Part shown: positions 45,601 through 53,462 of the stretch, one piece after another | Layout of the letters: each line of letters begins with the position of its first letter | How positions within the stretch are numbered: the first letter of the stretch is position 1 | Assembly: GCA_964387845.1 (NCBI GenBank) | Contig: CAYLXA010000002.1 | Location: forward strand, 192,001 to 256,000 | Origin: an uncultured bacterium | Lineage (GTDB): Bacteria; Omnitrophota; Omnitrophia; Omnitrophales; Abzuiibacteriaceae | DNA: 64,000 nt | Direction: 5' to 3' | The notes under the pieces: generated by a model | The model's database searches: none | The model's input: only the letters and a program-made list of their open reading frames with translations | Told to the model about the DNA's origin: nothing | Program-made: the position numbers and the translations under genes

Positions 45601-47446
45601 ACTTCTCTTTGCCATCAATTATGGCAGTGCGTATTTCTGATCGCTGTGTCAATGTAGCGACATCCGTGACTTGAGAGAAAATAGCGTCCAATTTTCTAAT
45701 TTCACTGCGTGTAAAAGCACGGTGTTGAAGCGCTAAATTATTGGGGTAAAGTGCCTGTGCGACTTTTAATCTCTCGTCCTTCGATACCAAGCTTAGAAGC
45801 TCCCGGATTTGAGATTGGTCAAACATGGTTTTGCGCGTTCCGAGCATGGATTCTAGATAGATTTTCTCAACACCTTCGACGGACGAAAGCCGCGGGCTGA
45901 TTTCGATATACGAAAAGTTTTCCTTTGCGAAACGTTCCTCCAGGCCCTCCGAGTGAAATCCGCCGCTCACCAGAATCGCAGACTGACGGCCGAGTTTTTT
46001 TAAAACTGACTTTGCATTTTCAACAAAATGTCTCTCGCGCGAAACCGCGCCTTGATAAAAATCAATTGCGGATTCGAAAATATCATCAAGTTCGGCGGAA
46101 ACTTTTATCGAATCAGGACTCACATCCCGTCTCTCGGCCAGTGTTTTTATTAAAAAACTGGGGCTGAGCGAATCTTTTTGGTACATCGCCACCGCCACTT
46201 CATTGCGGACGAGCTCGAGCTTGAGCAGCTTTTCGAGCAGGATTGATTTCTGAATCAAATCCACCAGCGATTTTTCCTGATCCGATTCGATCAGCACTTT
46301 AAAAACAGCGGCAACGGCCTTTTCAATTTCATCAAAAAACTGAATGCCGTCAATTTCGCTTTGGAATATCAAGGTCGCCAAAACTTTCGACAGTTCGGGA
46401 AAATATTCAAACTCAAAACCGTGCGGCGATAATGCTTGATACAAATCCTCCAGAAAAACTCTCGGCAATCTTGCGCCAAGCCCCTTCACGCCGCTTTCTA
46501 ACTTCCAATCGTCAAGGCCTGCTTTTAACTCCGCCGGCACATCCAGCGCGTGGACGAGTGATCGCAAGCTGTCCAACTCGCCTTGCGCTTCGTCTAACTT
46601 AATTTTAGACTCCAAATTTTGCGCTTTGAAAAATCGGACCAGCATCGGGTATTCAATTTGAGATTTTGCGTGTGCTATATCCATCTCGAGCCTGCTCAAT
46701 GCAAACCGCTTAATGACGTTCAAAAAGCCGATCAAATCCAGCCGTTCATCGCGCCAGGCCAGCCATGAGCGTAAAAAATCTTTTAAATCTTTATTGAAAT
46801 AACGCGATCCTAGGACTTCAATCTGTCCGTGGAGATTTTTTAAATAACGATCAACATTGGTGCGATGCGACGCGACTTTTTGGAAAGTTTTGAGGTTTTT
46901 CGCAAACGCTTCTAAGTTTTCAACGCCTTCCGCATGAATGCTCGGATCGTCCAAATGATCCAGCAAAAATAATTCGGCGCCCGAAAGGTCCCCGTTCTGC
47001 GCCATGTAATCGGCGATTTTTTTGTTGAGATCTTCATCATCGAAGAAACGGAATTGCTCCGGGTCAAGCTCGGATGAAGCTGCTTCTAAAAGAATTGTTT
47101 TGATTCCGTAGGCTCCGGAAATGTGCTCGATAATTTCCTTGGTATGCCGCTGCGCTTCATAGCTTCCGTGCGCATCGCGGATATGAATGATCGCGGGCGC
47201 TTCGTTACCTGCAGCTATTACCGGCCGGACCGACTCAACGCGGCCGAGCGATTCCGGGATACTGAGATCTAAAATTCTAAAATACGAGGTTTGTGCAGGT
47301 TCTGCAAAGTTGGCGATTTGAATGGTGGCCGGTGTTGCAAGCGCGGGGTCAATTGAAGAAGTGGCAAGAACCGTCAGAATAAGAAAACTTGAAAGCAATC
47401 TTACTGTAAACTTATATCTATTATTTCTCAATATTTTATCTGACAT
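42698..47446 (-). CDS. Giant (1582-aa) signal-peptide protein with one internal transmembrane helix and a protein-kinase-like catalytic motif set; function unknown
   Basis: Signal-peptide-like N-terminus (FTVRLLSSFLILTVLATSSIDPALA), a ~780-aa N-terminal region, and a hydrophobic helix (VYSILATVSLSAGFGLLVAWHI). The C-terminal region contains AEVIK (VAIK-like Lys), HNDLGLPNII (HxDxxxxN catalytic loop) and DWALAF (DFG-like), consistent with a protein-kinase-like fold. I recognise no other family. Confidence 0.6.
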   Translation of the reverse strand: MSDKILRNNRYKFTVRLLSSFLILTVLATSSIDPALATPATIQIANFAEPAQTSYFRILDLSIPESLGRVESVRPVIAAGNEAPAIIHIRDAHGSYEAQRHTKEIIEHISGAYGIKTILLEAASSELDPEQFRFFDDEDLNKKIADYMAQNGDLSGAELFLLDHLDDPSIHAEGVENLEAFAKNLKTFQKVASHRTNVDRYLKNLHGQIEVLGSRYFNKDLKDFLRSWLAWRDERLDLIGFLNVIKRFALSRLEMDIAHAKSQIEYPMLVRFFKAQNLESKIKLDEAQGELDSLRSLVHALDVPAELKAGLDDWKLESGVKGLGARLPRVFLEDLYQALSPHGFEFEYFPELSKVLATLIFQSEIDGIQFFDEIEKAVAAVFKVLIESDQEKSLVDLIQKSILLEKLLKLELVRNEVAVAMYQKDSLSPSFLIKTLAERRDVSPDSIKVSAELDDIFESAIDFYQGAVSRERHFVENAKSVLKKLGRQSAILVSGGFHSEGLEERFAKENFSYIEISPRLSSVEGVEKIYLESMLGTRKTMFDQSQIRELLSLVSKDERLKVAQALYPNNLALQHRAFTRSEIRKLDAIFSQVTDVATLTQRSEIRTAIIDGKEKLIAYVDDLPRFEFPIASDPSKRRHILQNPKRVAAQRVELRRLKQISSFLPKSTSASELAEKAREASALIDDQNRQIEASSRATAIIEEKQAEVISGNLTPQKSELRFNVPLLAQQIPEMVYSILATVSLSAGFGLLVAWHITPRFWPNMLPSGTGRDSDEPSRSELRHKDNELGLTKDQLKKHFWMTKLADKLGIPKKDRIVVLNDKQIIKDRNERQRMIIDADSPVHTPYIVNALILSGRVLIVSESEERVRARVFELSRKTIRGRIWEDHDGDTPLRYIEENKIIKVRNANDIKVRSRMVWSFSFKPRKQLYYAEVIKRSRPPRPHEVSHITLVINERTGELNIVKEVLPGMEDYNNGVAEDEKDDFNRRLENEIKIHHRLLVRENEFIKLLNPNGWQEGFPFSARSGVVGSSENNRPQLWLRFEKPGTKPIRSSDLLLQVAQIIDYAHQAGVVHNDLGLPNIIETDNGPVVLDWALAFSTKENPEQLKKDMNLTDRQFDIIFNRSGVMVKLNDRLPKLSKTIQFPLNATRDLLGIALMALNMTESNQSFIIKSTEFDDQMKRLAVKIINGLLKGDLKIRNPERPMLDFIEWVKVAKVRAEAEKTAGISSETDSTPAESAPPVSDSTKTKKSELRAAVQPVPPVVDINPDRKPIQQFAPRKSPAQVKVNGQPQEDTVEFSEEALELAAKAEENRSELREAASKIVATTVSDNVFDILAVQNSRFFSLVVEPTLNSLTTSTSILPAAVQVTDAGAIIASRIEAAIEALITPDVKIGIPTVTVDGKGALAKALLMSLDQLSRSELRIAFSAPDTEARMHVQKIRNEFVKAITDAVERAQAAGALSRNLRISDMPFVPLAQTTDGAAMAETESQLAALTNVFVAFANWESVRSKAAIQELTIPILRAAGTLAKILKNKSPEEQARLLFPLKSLGFEFDHYTGVVTIMFDRIEALYIEEQGRQAIRQAA

Positions 47447-47824
47447 AAAATATAGTTTTTTAACGTCTTAAATAACTAAAACAAAGAATCCTCCCTTCTC
47501 TGAAAAATTTTTGGGATTGAACTGATAATAAATTATGCCAGATTAGTGAAAGCAATACAAGGGTGTATTGATTTGCTAACCTGTTGTTTTATATGGACTT
47601 ACAGAAATTTCTTCTGTGGAGGTACTTTTAAACTGCAAAATAAGTCAAAATTTACTTAGATTTTGAACTTTTTTTGCTGTTTGCTTTTGCCTTTAAACGC
47701 TTAATTCTAGCGCGCCGGCGGGCTCTTTTTTTTCGTTTTTTTGCATCGCGTGTCATGTTTTCTTCCTTCCTTAATTAATAAATACTGCGATGCGGTGCGC
47801 GGCATCCTTGCCCGCGACAGCATC

Positions 47825-47863
47825 GTATTTTTGCATCGGCAAAAATGCGCGCTAGAGGACTCG
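47825..47863. repeat. 39-bp direct-repeat copy A: the last 17 nt of tRNA-Val plus 22 nt of its 3' flank
   Basis: GTATTTTTGCATCGGCAAAAATGCGCGCTAGAGGACTCG is identical to 48008..48046, which spans the 3' end of the intact tRNA-Val. Confidence 0.8.
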
Positions 47864-48007
47864 GCGCCTTCCGCTCGCAACCCTCGCTCCAGGTCGGCCA
47901 CCCGCTCCTCAAATCTGACGCTCAGCTTACTTCGCGTCATGAGGAGCTCCCTTCGAGTCCTCATCTTGCAGTGCCGTAGAGAGCTTTCCTTAAACTCTCA
48001 CGGCACA

Positions 48008-48046
48008 GTATTTTTGCATCGGCAAAAATGCGCGCTAGAGGACTCG
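48008..48046. repeat. 39-bp direct-repeat copy B (overlaps the 3' end of intact tRNA-Val)
   Basis: Exact match to 47825..47863. Confidence 0.8.
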
Positions 48047-48102
48047 AACCTCTGACCCCCACCATGTCAAGGTGATGCTCTAACCAACTGAGCTAAGCGC
48101 GC
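48029..48102 (-). tRNA. tRNA-Val (anticodon GAC), 74 nt, CCA not encoded
   Basis: Reverse complement GCGCGCTTAGCTCAGTTGGTTAGAGCATCACCTTGACATGGTGGGGGTCAGAGGTTCGAGTCCTCTAGCGCGCA. It has a 7-bp acceptor stem, a D-arm GCTC/GAGC, an anticodon loop TTGACAT, and a T-arm AGAGG-TTCGAGT-CCTCT. Confidence 0.85.
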
Positions 48103-48402
48103 ATAACTCCTTATATACGTGTTAACTTCTTTAATTTAATATACTTACAGAATAATTTATTTATTTTCATGTGACTCCTAGAACTCCTGAAATACCCCAA
48201 AATATCTCAATCCTTATCAGAGTTTTATCAGAGTGACTATAGCCAAAAATAATTCACCGCTGACTCTCACCTTATAAAGAACGTGCTCCACCTTAGCACT
48301 TCGTGATTTGGAAGCAAGTCGAGAAGGGATTTTATTAGAAAGGAGTCAGATTAGCAAGTTCTAATTGCGGGATTTTAAGCTGTCGGATTGCTCGTTTGCA
48401 AG

Positions 48403-48633
48403 CTAAAGCTTCCTTGCGACGTGAGGCCTTCTTGCTGATATGCAGTTCTGCGCCAGCCAGGAATTGATTCTATCTCCGTGATATCGGACAGCTCGGCCAA
48501 GCTTCAAATGAGGTATCAATTTTCGGCTGGTTAATTTCCGGACATGGCTTTTTGAGATATTTAATAAAATAGCAAGCTCACCAGCAGTTAAAAGGTGTAT
48601 CGGCCGGCCGTCGCTGTTCTCTTGGTTTTCCAT
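48403..48633 (-). CDS. Small HTH_17/excisionase(Xis)-family DNA-binding protein
   Basis: LLTAGELAILLNISKSHVRKLTSRKLIPHLKLGRAVRY is a typical MerR-like/phage-excisionase HTH. The start was taken at the internal Met (MENQ...); the track ORF extends to 48681. Confidence 0.45.
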   Translation of the reverse strand: MENQENSDGRPIHLLTAGELAILLNISKSHVRKLTSRKLIPHLKLGRAVRYHGDRINSWLAQNCISARRPHVARKL

Positions 48634-48704
48634 CTGATCCTGGCCTAACCTCCTTTCATAATTTGTCAATCGAACCAGCACGTGCCATAACTGGAGAGGC
48701 TTCC

Positions 48705-49436
48705 TTATTGCCTCGTCAGTGACAAATAGGACTCCATATTGCCAATCCCTTTCCAGACTCCCTCAATTCGAATCGCCACAGTCGGGACCATTCTGTAAAG
48801 CCAAGTAATAAAATCACCGAGCCTGTCGGGTTCATGCTTGTAGATTTTTAGATACTTATAGATCATGAAAGGAATTTCCTTCGGCAAAAAGTAGACTCCA
48901 GCGCTCACCAAAGACGATTTGGGCGCACGGGGCTTTTCGTCAAAACTTGTAACAATATGATCCTCGTTCATTTCAATGACGCCATACTTCTTTGCTTGTT
49001 CAAGTACTTTTACATCATAGGCGGCTAACACCGGTCTCGGCATATGATGCAGAGCTTGCAAGATAAAATGATTCAGAGGGTAATCAAAATAATTATCGCT
49101 TGCCAAGACCAAATATTCCGAACCTCTCACTCTGGAGTCGCAGACTGCATAATAAAGGTCTAAAACTGCGCCGTTTCTTTCGTCATTGGAATTTATCCCA
49201 TTATTCAATATATGAATTGGAAATGCGTACTTTTGAAATGACTTCCAATACACAAACTGCTCATAAAACCGGTTGTTCGTCACAATCAAAACAGAATCCG
49301 GTCTTGTCTTGGCGACATTTTCCATCAAATGGTCCAGCAGGCACTTACCACCGATATCAAGCAATGCTTTAGGCTTACCGAGAGTTAAGGGATAAAGCCT
49401 TGTCCCGAATCCTCCCGCGAGAATAATCGTGTTCAA
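48705..49436 (-). CDS. Sugar-phosphate nucleotidyltransferase (NTP_transferase family, RmlA/GalU-like fold)
   Basis: MNTIILAGGFGTRLYPLTLGKPKALL is the canonical G-x-G-T-R-L nucleotidyltransferase N-terminus. Confidence 0.7.
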   Translation of the reverse strand: MNTIILAGGFGTRLYPLTLGKPKALLDIGGKCLLDHLMENVAKTRPDSVLIVTNNRFYEQFVYWKSFQKYAFPIHILNNGINSNDERNGAVLDLYYAVCDSRVRGSEYLVLASDNYFDYPLNHFILQALHHMPRPVLAAYDVKVLEQAKKYGVIEMNEDHIVTSFDEKPRAPKSSLVSAGVYFLPKEIPFMIYKYLKIYKHEPDRLGDFITWLYRMVPTVAIRIEGVWKGIGNMESYLSLTRQ

Positions 49437-49687
49437 TTCCGCACCTCTGCACTCGGGATTTTCAGCACAAAGACTGATTTGATTTGGACAAATCCGCGTA
49501 AACCCGGCACAAGACCTACCGGCGGATTGGTAAGCCGAACAAGGATTCGTGATACATATTTTGTCCGGTAGATTTTCACGATTGTTTCTTCAACCTTGGC
49601 GTCCTTTTCGGAGATTTCACCGTCGAAATTTCCCCGTACTGAATTAAACGTTACTCTAGCCCTGTCACCTACTTTTACATGGTTCAA
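49433..49687 (-). CDS. Hypothetical protein (84 aa)
   Basis: ORF with a 4-nt overlap onto the downstream nucleotidyltransferase gene; no recognisable motif. Confidence 0.2.
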   Translation of the reverse strand: MNHVKVGDRARVTFNSVRGNFDGEISEKDAKVEETIVKIYRTKYVSRILVRLTNPPVGLVPGLRGFVQIKSVFVLKIPSAEVRN

Positions 49688-49922
49688 CTTCTCTTCTGTG
49701 ATAAATGCCTCAAAATAGAACTCCTTGGGCTTTTTTCGAGAGTCACACTTTCTGCTACTGATTCAAATTTAATACTAAGTTCTTAAATGATGCAATTCCT
49801 TTCCGCAATTTTCTTGGGGTTATCTACTCACAAGAGATGAAAATCTCGCCACGCTAGATATTTTTTAGACAAAGCCTTGCAAAAGTTTTATAAAAAACCG
49901 AGACCTTTATCTGTCAAAAGGA

Positions 49923-50305
49923 CTAACTCGACCTATGAATCAGTCCTTTAGATAAAAGAAACTCGAACACCTTATCGTGATCAAAGGGCTTATCAAAGAA
50001 GGCGTCGGCCCCTTTCGTGAGCATGGCATATTTGAGAGTTGTATCCGCCGATATGGCGCAGACAATAACGTCTGGCCTTTTGGATTTGAATATGCCCAAT
50101 AGCTCAGTTCCATGCAATTTATCGCTTTCGTCCAAATGACCATCCAAGAAAACAACATGTGGATTGAATTTATCGAAGAGCTGAATGACGTATTCAGAAG
50201 TAGCCGCTTCTTCAATTTGAAAATGCGTTCCGGAAATATCTCGGTAGAATCCCTGACCTCATCATATCCTCCTCGATCAAGAGTCGTTTTTTCTTGTGGG
50301 ATCAT
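49923..50305 (-). pseudogene. CheY-like single-domain response-regulator gene disrupted by two frameshifts in homopolymer runs
   Basis: Three reading frames together encode MIPQEK | KRLLIEEDMMRSGILPRYFRNAF | QIEEAATSEYVIQLFDKFNPHVVFLDGHLDE...KPFDHDKVFEFL, a receiver domain. The frame changes coincide with an A6 run (~50288) and a T4 run (~50205). Removing one base from each restores a single ~125-aa ORF. Confidence 0.45.
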
Positions 50306-50524
50306 TTGCTTAAACTGTGCGAATCTTGATCAGTTTGACAAATCATGTTTTAGAATTCCGGGGTTGTTCGATCCGTCTTCCCTACAAAATTGTAAAGAAA
50401 GTGGCCATTTTTGTATTGTCCTTCACTGTTAACTTTCAAAATTTAAATGTTTCCTCCTTATTTTTTAGTTATGATGCCTTTGGCATGATTCCTGCAGTTA
50501 AACCTGCCTGAGAGGTTAAAAAAG

Positions 50525-51070
50525 ATGAAACTATCATTTAAAATTGCAGCTGCCTTGGGGTTGTTGCTTGGATTAATCAGCACTTTCTATGTGCAAAATG
50601 GATTTTGCAATGATTCAGTCATCCCAGGCAAATATTTTGGGCACAAGTTGGCAGGAGATCAATATCTTCAATCCGAGAAATTTAATTCTGCAGTTTCAGA
50701 ATATGAAAACGCTCTCCGAGTCAATCCAAAATCGACGGCAACTTACTTTAATCTTGCAATCGCCAGCTATTTAAACGGAGATTTAAGAGGAGCTGTTTCA
50801 GCGCTTGAAAAACTGCTTAAACTTGATCCCGCTGATGTTGAAGCTCATTACAACTTGGGATGTCTGAAGTTAATTTTGCAAGATTTGAATGGCTCTAAGG
50901 CTTCGTTTGAAAAAGCAAAACTGTGTCGCGGCCAAAACCCCGCATTTTCTCCACTCGTGAGCCAAGGCCTTGAGTTTCTGGATGAGTTTACGAAACTCGA
51001 TCCAGCCACCCAAGACCTTAACCTATTTTTCCTTCAAGCATCACTTCCCGCACAAACCCTTGTTTCGTAA
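50525..51070 (+). CDS. Secreted TPR-repeat protein
   Basis: Signal peptide MKLSFKIAAALGLLLGLIS plus three or four TPR-like repeats (AVSEYENALRVNPKSTATYFNLAIASY...). It is the only convincing plus-strand gene in the window. Confidence 0.6.
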   Translation: MKLSFKIAAALGLLLGLISTFYVQNGFCNDSVIPGKYFGHKLAGDQYLQSEKFNSAVSEYENALRVNPKSTATYFNLAIASYLNGDLRGAVSALEKLLKLDPADVEAHYNLGCLKLILQDLNGSKASFEKAKLCRGQNPAFSPLVSQGLEFLDEFTKLDPATQDLNLFFLQASLPAQTLVS

Positions 51071-51076
51071 ACCGCA

Positions 51077-51472
51077 TTATCGCGTAAACGCCACAATATC
51101 TTTTGTGCCGGAAACACGGCTTGCTGGTTTATACTCTGACATTGACGGATGAGTTTCAGCCAAACTTTGCCGGTTTTCATCGCCTCTTTTTAAAAAAGCG
51201 ACGACATCCTTGGTTCCGCGGGCTGACTCCGGGGCATTGGACTCAAACCTCATGCGTGAAGGCTCAAGTGTAGGCTTCGGTGCCTTCTGAAGTGCAAGAT
51301 ACTCGTGATATTTGTTCCATGCCACAATCGGCTTCGTTCCAGAGTATTCTTTCTGGAAATCAGCCAATGTTCTCATCGGCATCTGCTCGCCTGATATTTC
51401 TGCCGTTAAAATAGGCGTTGTACTCAAAATAAACGCGACTGTTAAAGCTATAATCAAATATCTGTTTTTCAT
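51077..51472 (-). CDS. Secreted hypothetical protein with an internal GTKD(V/I)VAF repeat
   Basis: Start taken at MKNRYLIIALTVAFILSTTPILTA (signal peptide). Two GTKDVVAFLKRG / GTKDIVAFTR repeats. Confidence 0.35.
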   Translation of the reverse strand: MKNRYLIIALTVAFILSTTPILTAEISGEQMPMRTLADFQKEYSGTKPIVAWNKYHEYLALQKAPKPTLEPSRMRFESNAPESARGTKDVVAFLKRGDENRQSLAETHPSMSEYKPASRVSGTKDIVAFTR

Positions 51473-51545
51473 GGTAGTGCTCCTTTCCGCTATTGAAACA
51501 CGTTGAAGGACAAAAAGTTCCTTCAAAGAAACGAGTGGGTGGAAA

Positions 51546-51929
51546 TCAAATGCGAAGCACGAGATTTTTGATGAAGAGTTTTGGAGCTGATAAAGAAAAT
51601 ATCTGAGGAGGGGAAGTAGTTTTTAAATCCTGCTCTTGAAAAAATCCGCGAGAGACCTGCTCGGCTTCAATGCTCGCTTGATGCTGAAGTATCGGTGTTT
51701 TCATTTCGATACCGTTGCCGATCTTTAGCGCAAAAAGGGGCAGCATGCTCATGAGGCCATACTCGCTGCATTTACCCATCGGACAATTAGGCATTCGATC
51801 GCAGCAATCATGCGATTTGGAAAATCGCAGGTGATCGCCCATTTGCGCGGCAGCGCATGGACAAAGATGAATCGCTGCGAAGCTAAAAATCACAAGCATT
51901 AAGATTAGAAAAGTTCTCTTATTTCGCAT
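51546..51929 (-). CDS. Secreted Cys/His/Met-rich small protein (candidate periplasmic metal-binding protein)
   Basis: Signal peptide, then HLCPCAAAQMGDHLRFSKSHDCCDRMPNCPMGKC. It lies at the edge of the copper-efflux region. Confidence 0.35.
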   Translation of the reverse strand: MRNKRTFLILMLVIFSFAAIHLCPCAAAQMGDHLRFSKSHDCCDRMPNCPMGKCSEYGLMSMLPLFALKIGNGIEMKTPILQHQASIEAEQVSRGFFQEQDLKTTSPPQIFSLSAPKLFIKNLVLRI

Positions 51930-52061
51930 TTTGATTTCTCTGTAATAATTATAACACCTAAAGAACGCGGCTTCTAATTCTCATCGCCACTAATACTTTA
52001 CGGACTTTGGCTTAAAAATTTGAATTTTTCATGCCACTTTTACCTTATTTTCACACTACTT

Positions 52062-53462
52062 TTACCTGGCCAAGGGTACTGTTTCTTGATCCAGAGCAAC
52101 TTTTGCTTGCCAACCGAATCGGTTCTTAATTTCAGAGGCAAGATGTTCTGCGCCAAGCGGTTCTCCGTGGACAATATAAACGGAACCAGGCGGTTTTTTA
52201 AATCCTGAAAGCCATTTCAAGATTTCCTCTTTGTCCGCATGAGCAGAGATACCTTGGAGAATCTCGACTTTCGCACAAACCTGAACCTCCGCGCCATGAA
52301 TCCGAATTCTTTTGGCGCCTTCTTGCAACGACCTACCGCGAGTTCCGGCTGCCTGGAAGCCAGCCAAAAGAACCGTAGTCTTTGGGTCAGGAAGTCTTAA
52401 TTTTAAATGATGAAGAATACGGCCGCCGGTTGCCATGCCGCTTGCGGAAATAATGATCATGGGGCCTGAAAGATCATTAAGCTTCCTTGATTCCTGAGGC
52501 GTGCGTACGAGATGGTATTGCTTGCAGCACAAAGGACATTTGTGCTCATCCATTAATGTTTTCATGTCCAAATCGTGATCTTCGGGATGTCTGCAATAAA
52601 TATCTGAAACGTTAATAGCCATAGGGCTGTCGACATAAACTGGAAGTTCCGGAATTTGTTTTGCTTCTTCAAATTGACGAATCATCCAGATCAGTTCCTG
52701 CGCTCTTCCCACAGCAAACGCGGGTATGAGAAGAACGCCTCCTTTTTGCGCTGTCTCATTGATCACGCGCACAAATTCATTTTCTGGATCAGGTGGATGA
52801 ATCCGGTTGCCGTAAGTGGATTCGACTAACAAAATATCCGCTTCCGGAACAAATTCCGGATCACAAATCATCGGCTGATTCCAGCGACCCAGATCGCCTG
52901 AGAAAACGAGCTTTATAGGGCTCCCTTCTCCGATTTGCAACTCCACAATCGCAGAACCCAGAATGTGACCCGCGCGCCAAAATGAGCCCGCGATGCCTTT
53001 TGCAATTTGAAATGGTTTGTGGTATTCAACCGACCGAAGATATCCAAGCGCTTTTTCGGCGTCTTCTGTCGTGTAAAGAGGAAGAGCCGGTTTATGCTTG
53101 GAGCAACCGTGGCGATTTGCAAATTCCGCCTCTTCCTCTTGCAAATGAGCCGCGTCAAGAAGCATGACATTAAGAAGATCCTTTGTGCCCGATGTGCAAA
53201 ATATCTTTCCACGGAATCCTTCACGTACGAGTAAAGGCAAATAGCCCGAATGATCAATGTGTGCATGACTCAAAGCAATCGCATCCAAATCGGAGGGATT
53301 AAACGGCGGCTTCGCCCAATTCCGCAAGCGGAGTTGCTTCAAACCTTGAAAGAGGCCCGCATCAAGCAAAATCTGCGAACGACCCATCCGGATCAAATAT
53401 TTGGAACCCGTCACAGTTCCGGCACCCCCAAAAAATGATAAGGTTGGAGAAGATTTATCCAT
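52062..53462 (-). CDS. Metallo-beta-lactamase-fold beta-CASP family hydrolase (RNA-metabolising MBL type)
   Basis: LDAGLFQG...SHAHIDHSGYLPLL (the HxHxDH motif), the beta-CASP region, and the C-terminal motif set. The start was taken at MDKSS; the track ORF has 45 extra N-terminal codons. Confidence 0.7.
   Translation of the reverse strand: MDKSSPTLSFFGGAGTVTGSKYLIRMGRSQILLDAGLFQGLKQLRLRNWAKPPFNPSDLDAIALSHAHIDHSGYLPLLVREGFRGKIFCTSGTKDLLNVMLLDAAHLQEEEAEFANRHGCSKHKPALPLYTTEDAEKALGYLRSVEYHKPFQIAKGIAGSFWRAGHILGSAIVELQIGEGSPIKLVFSGDLGRWNQPMICDPEFVPEADILLVESTYGNRIHPPDPENEFVRVINETAQKGGVLLIPAFAVGRAQELIWMIRQFEEAKQIPELPVYVDSPMAINVSDIYCRHPEDHDLDMKTLMDEHKCPLCCKQYHLVRTPQESRKLNDLSGPMIIISASGMATGGRILHHLKLRLPDPKTTVLLAGFQAAGTRGRSLQEGAKRIRIHGAEVQVCAKVEILQGISAHADKEEILKWLSGFKKPPGSVYIVHGEPLGAEHLASEIKNRFGWQAKVALDQETVPLAR

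Noticed and set aside
47952-47962. Second, inverted tRNA-Val fragment (11-nt T-arm match TTCGAGTCCTC on the plus strand)
   Set aside because: It is short enough to be chance. It is mentioned within the att-remnant finding but not called as a separate feature.
47707-48055. Track ORFs 47707..47964 (-) and 47741..48055 (+) in the tRNA-Val flank
   Set aside because: They are Arg-rich and low-complexity, and they contain the duplicated FLHRQKCALEDS peptide only because they read through the 39-bp direct repeat and the tRNA. They are almost certainly non-coding.
48403-49687. Mobile element call (prophage or island) adjacent to tRNA-Val, based on the Xis-like HTH gene
   Set aside because: No integrase, transposase, or phage structural or replication genes are present. 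The neighbouring genes are a nucleotidyltransferase and a tiny hypothetical. A lone HTH_17 protein is insufficient, so only the att-like repeat is reported.
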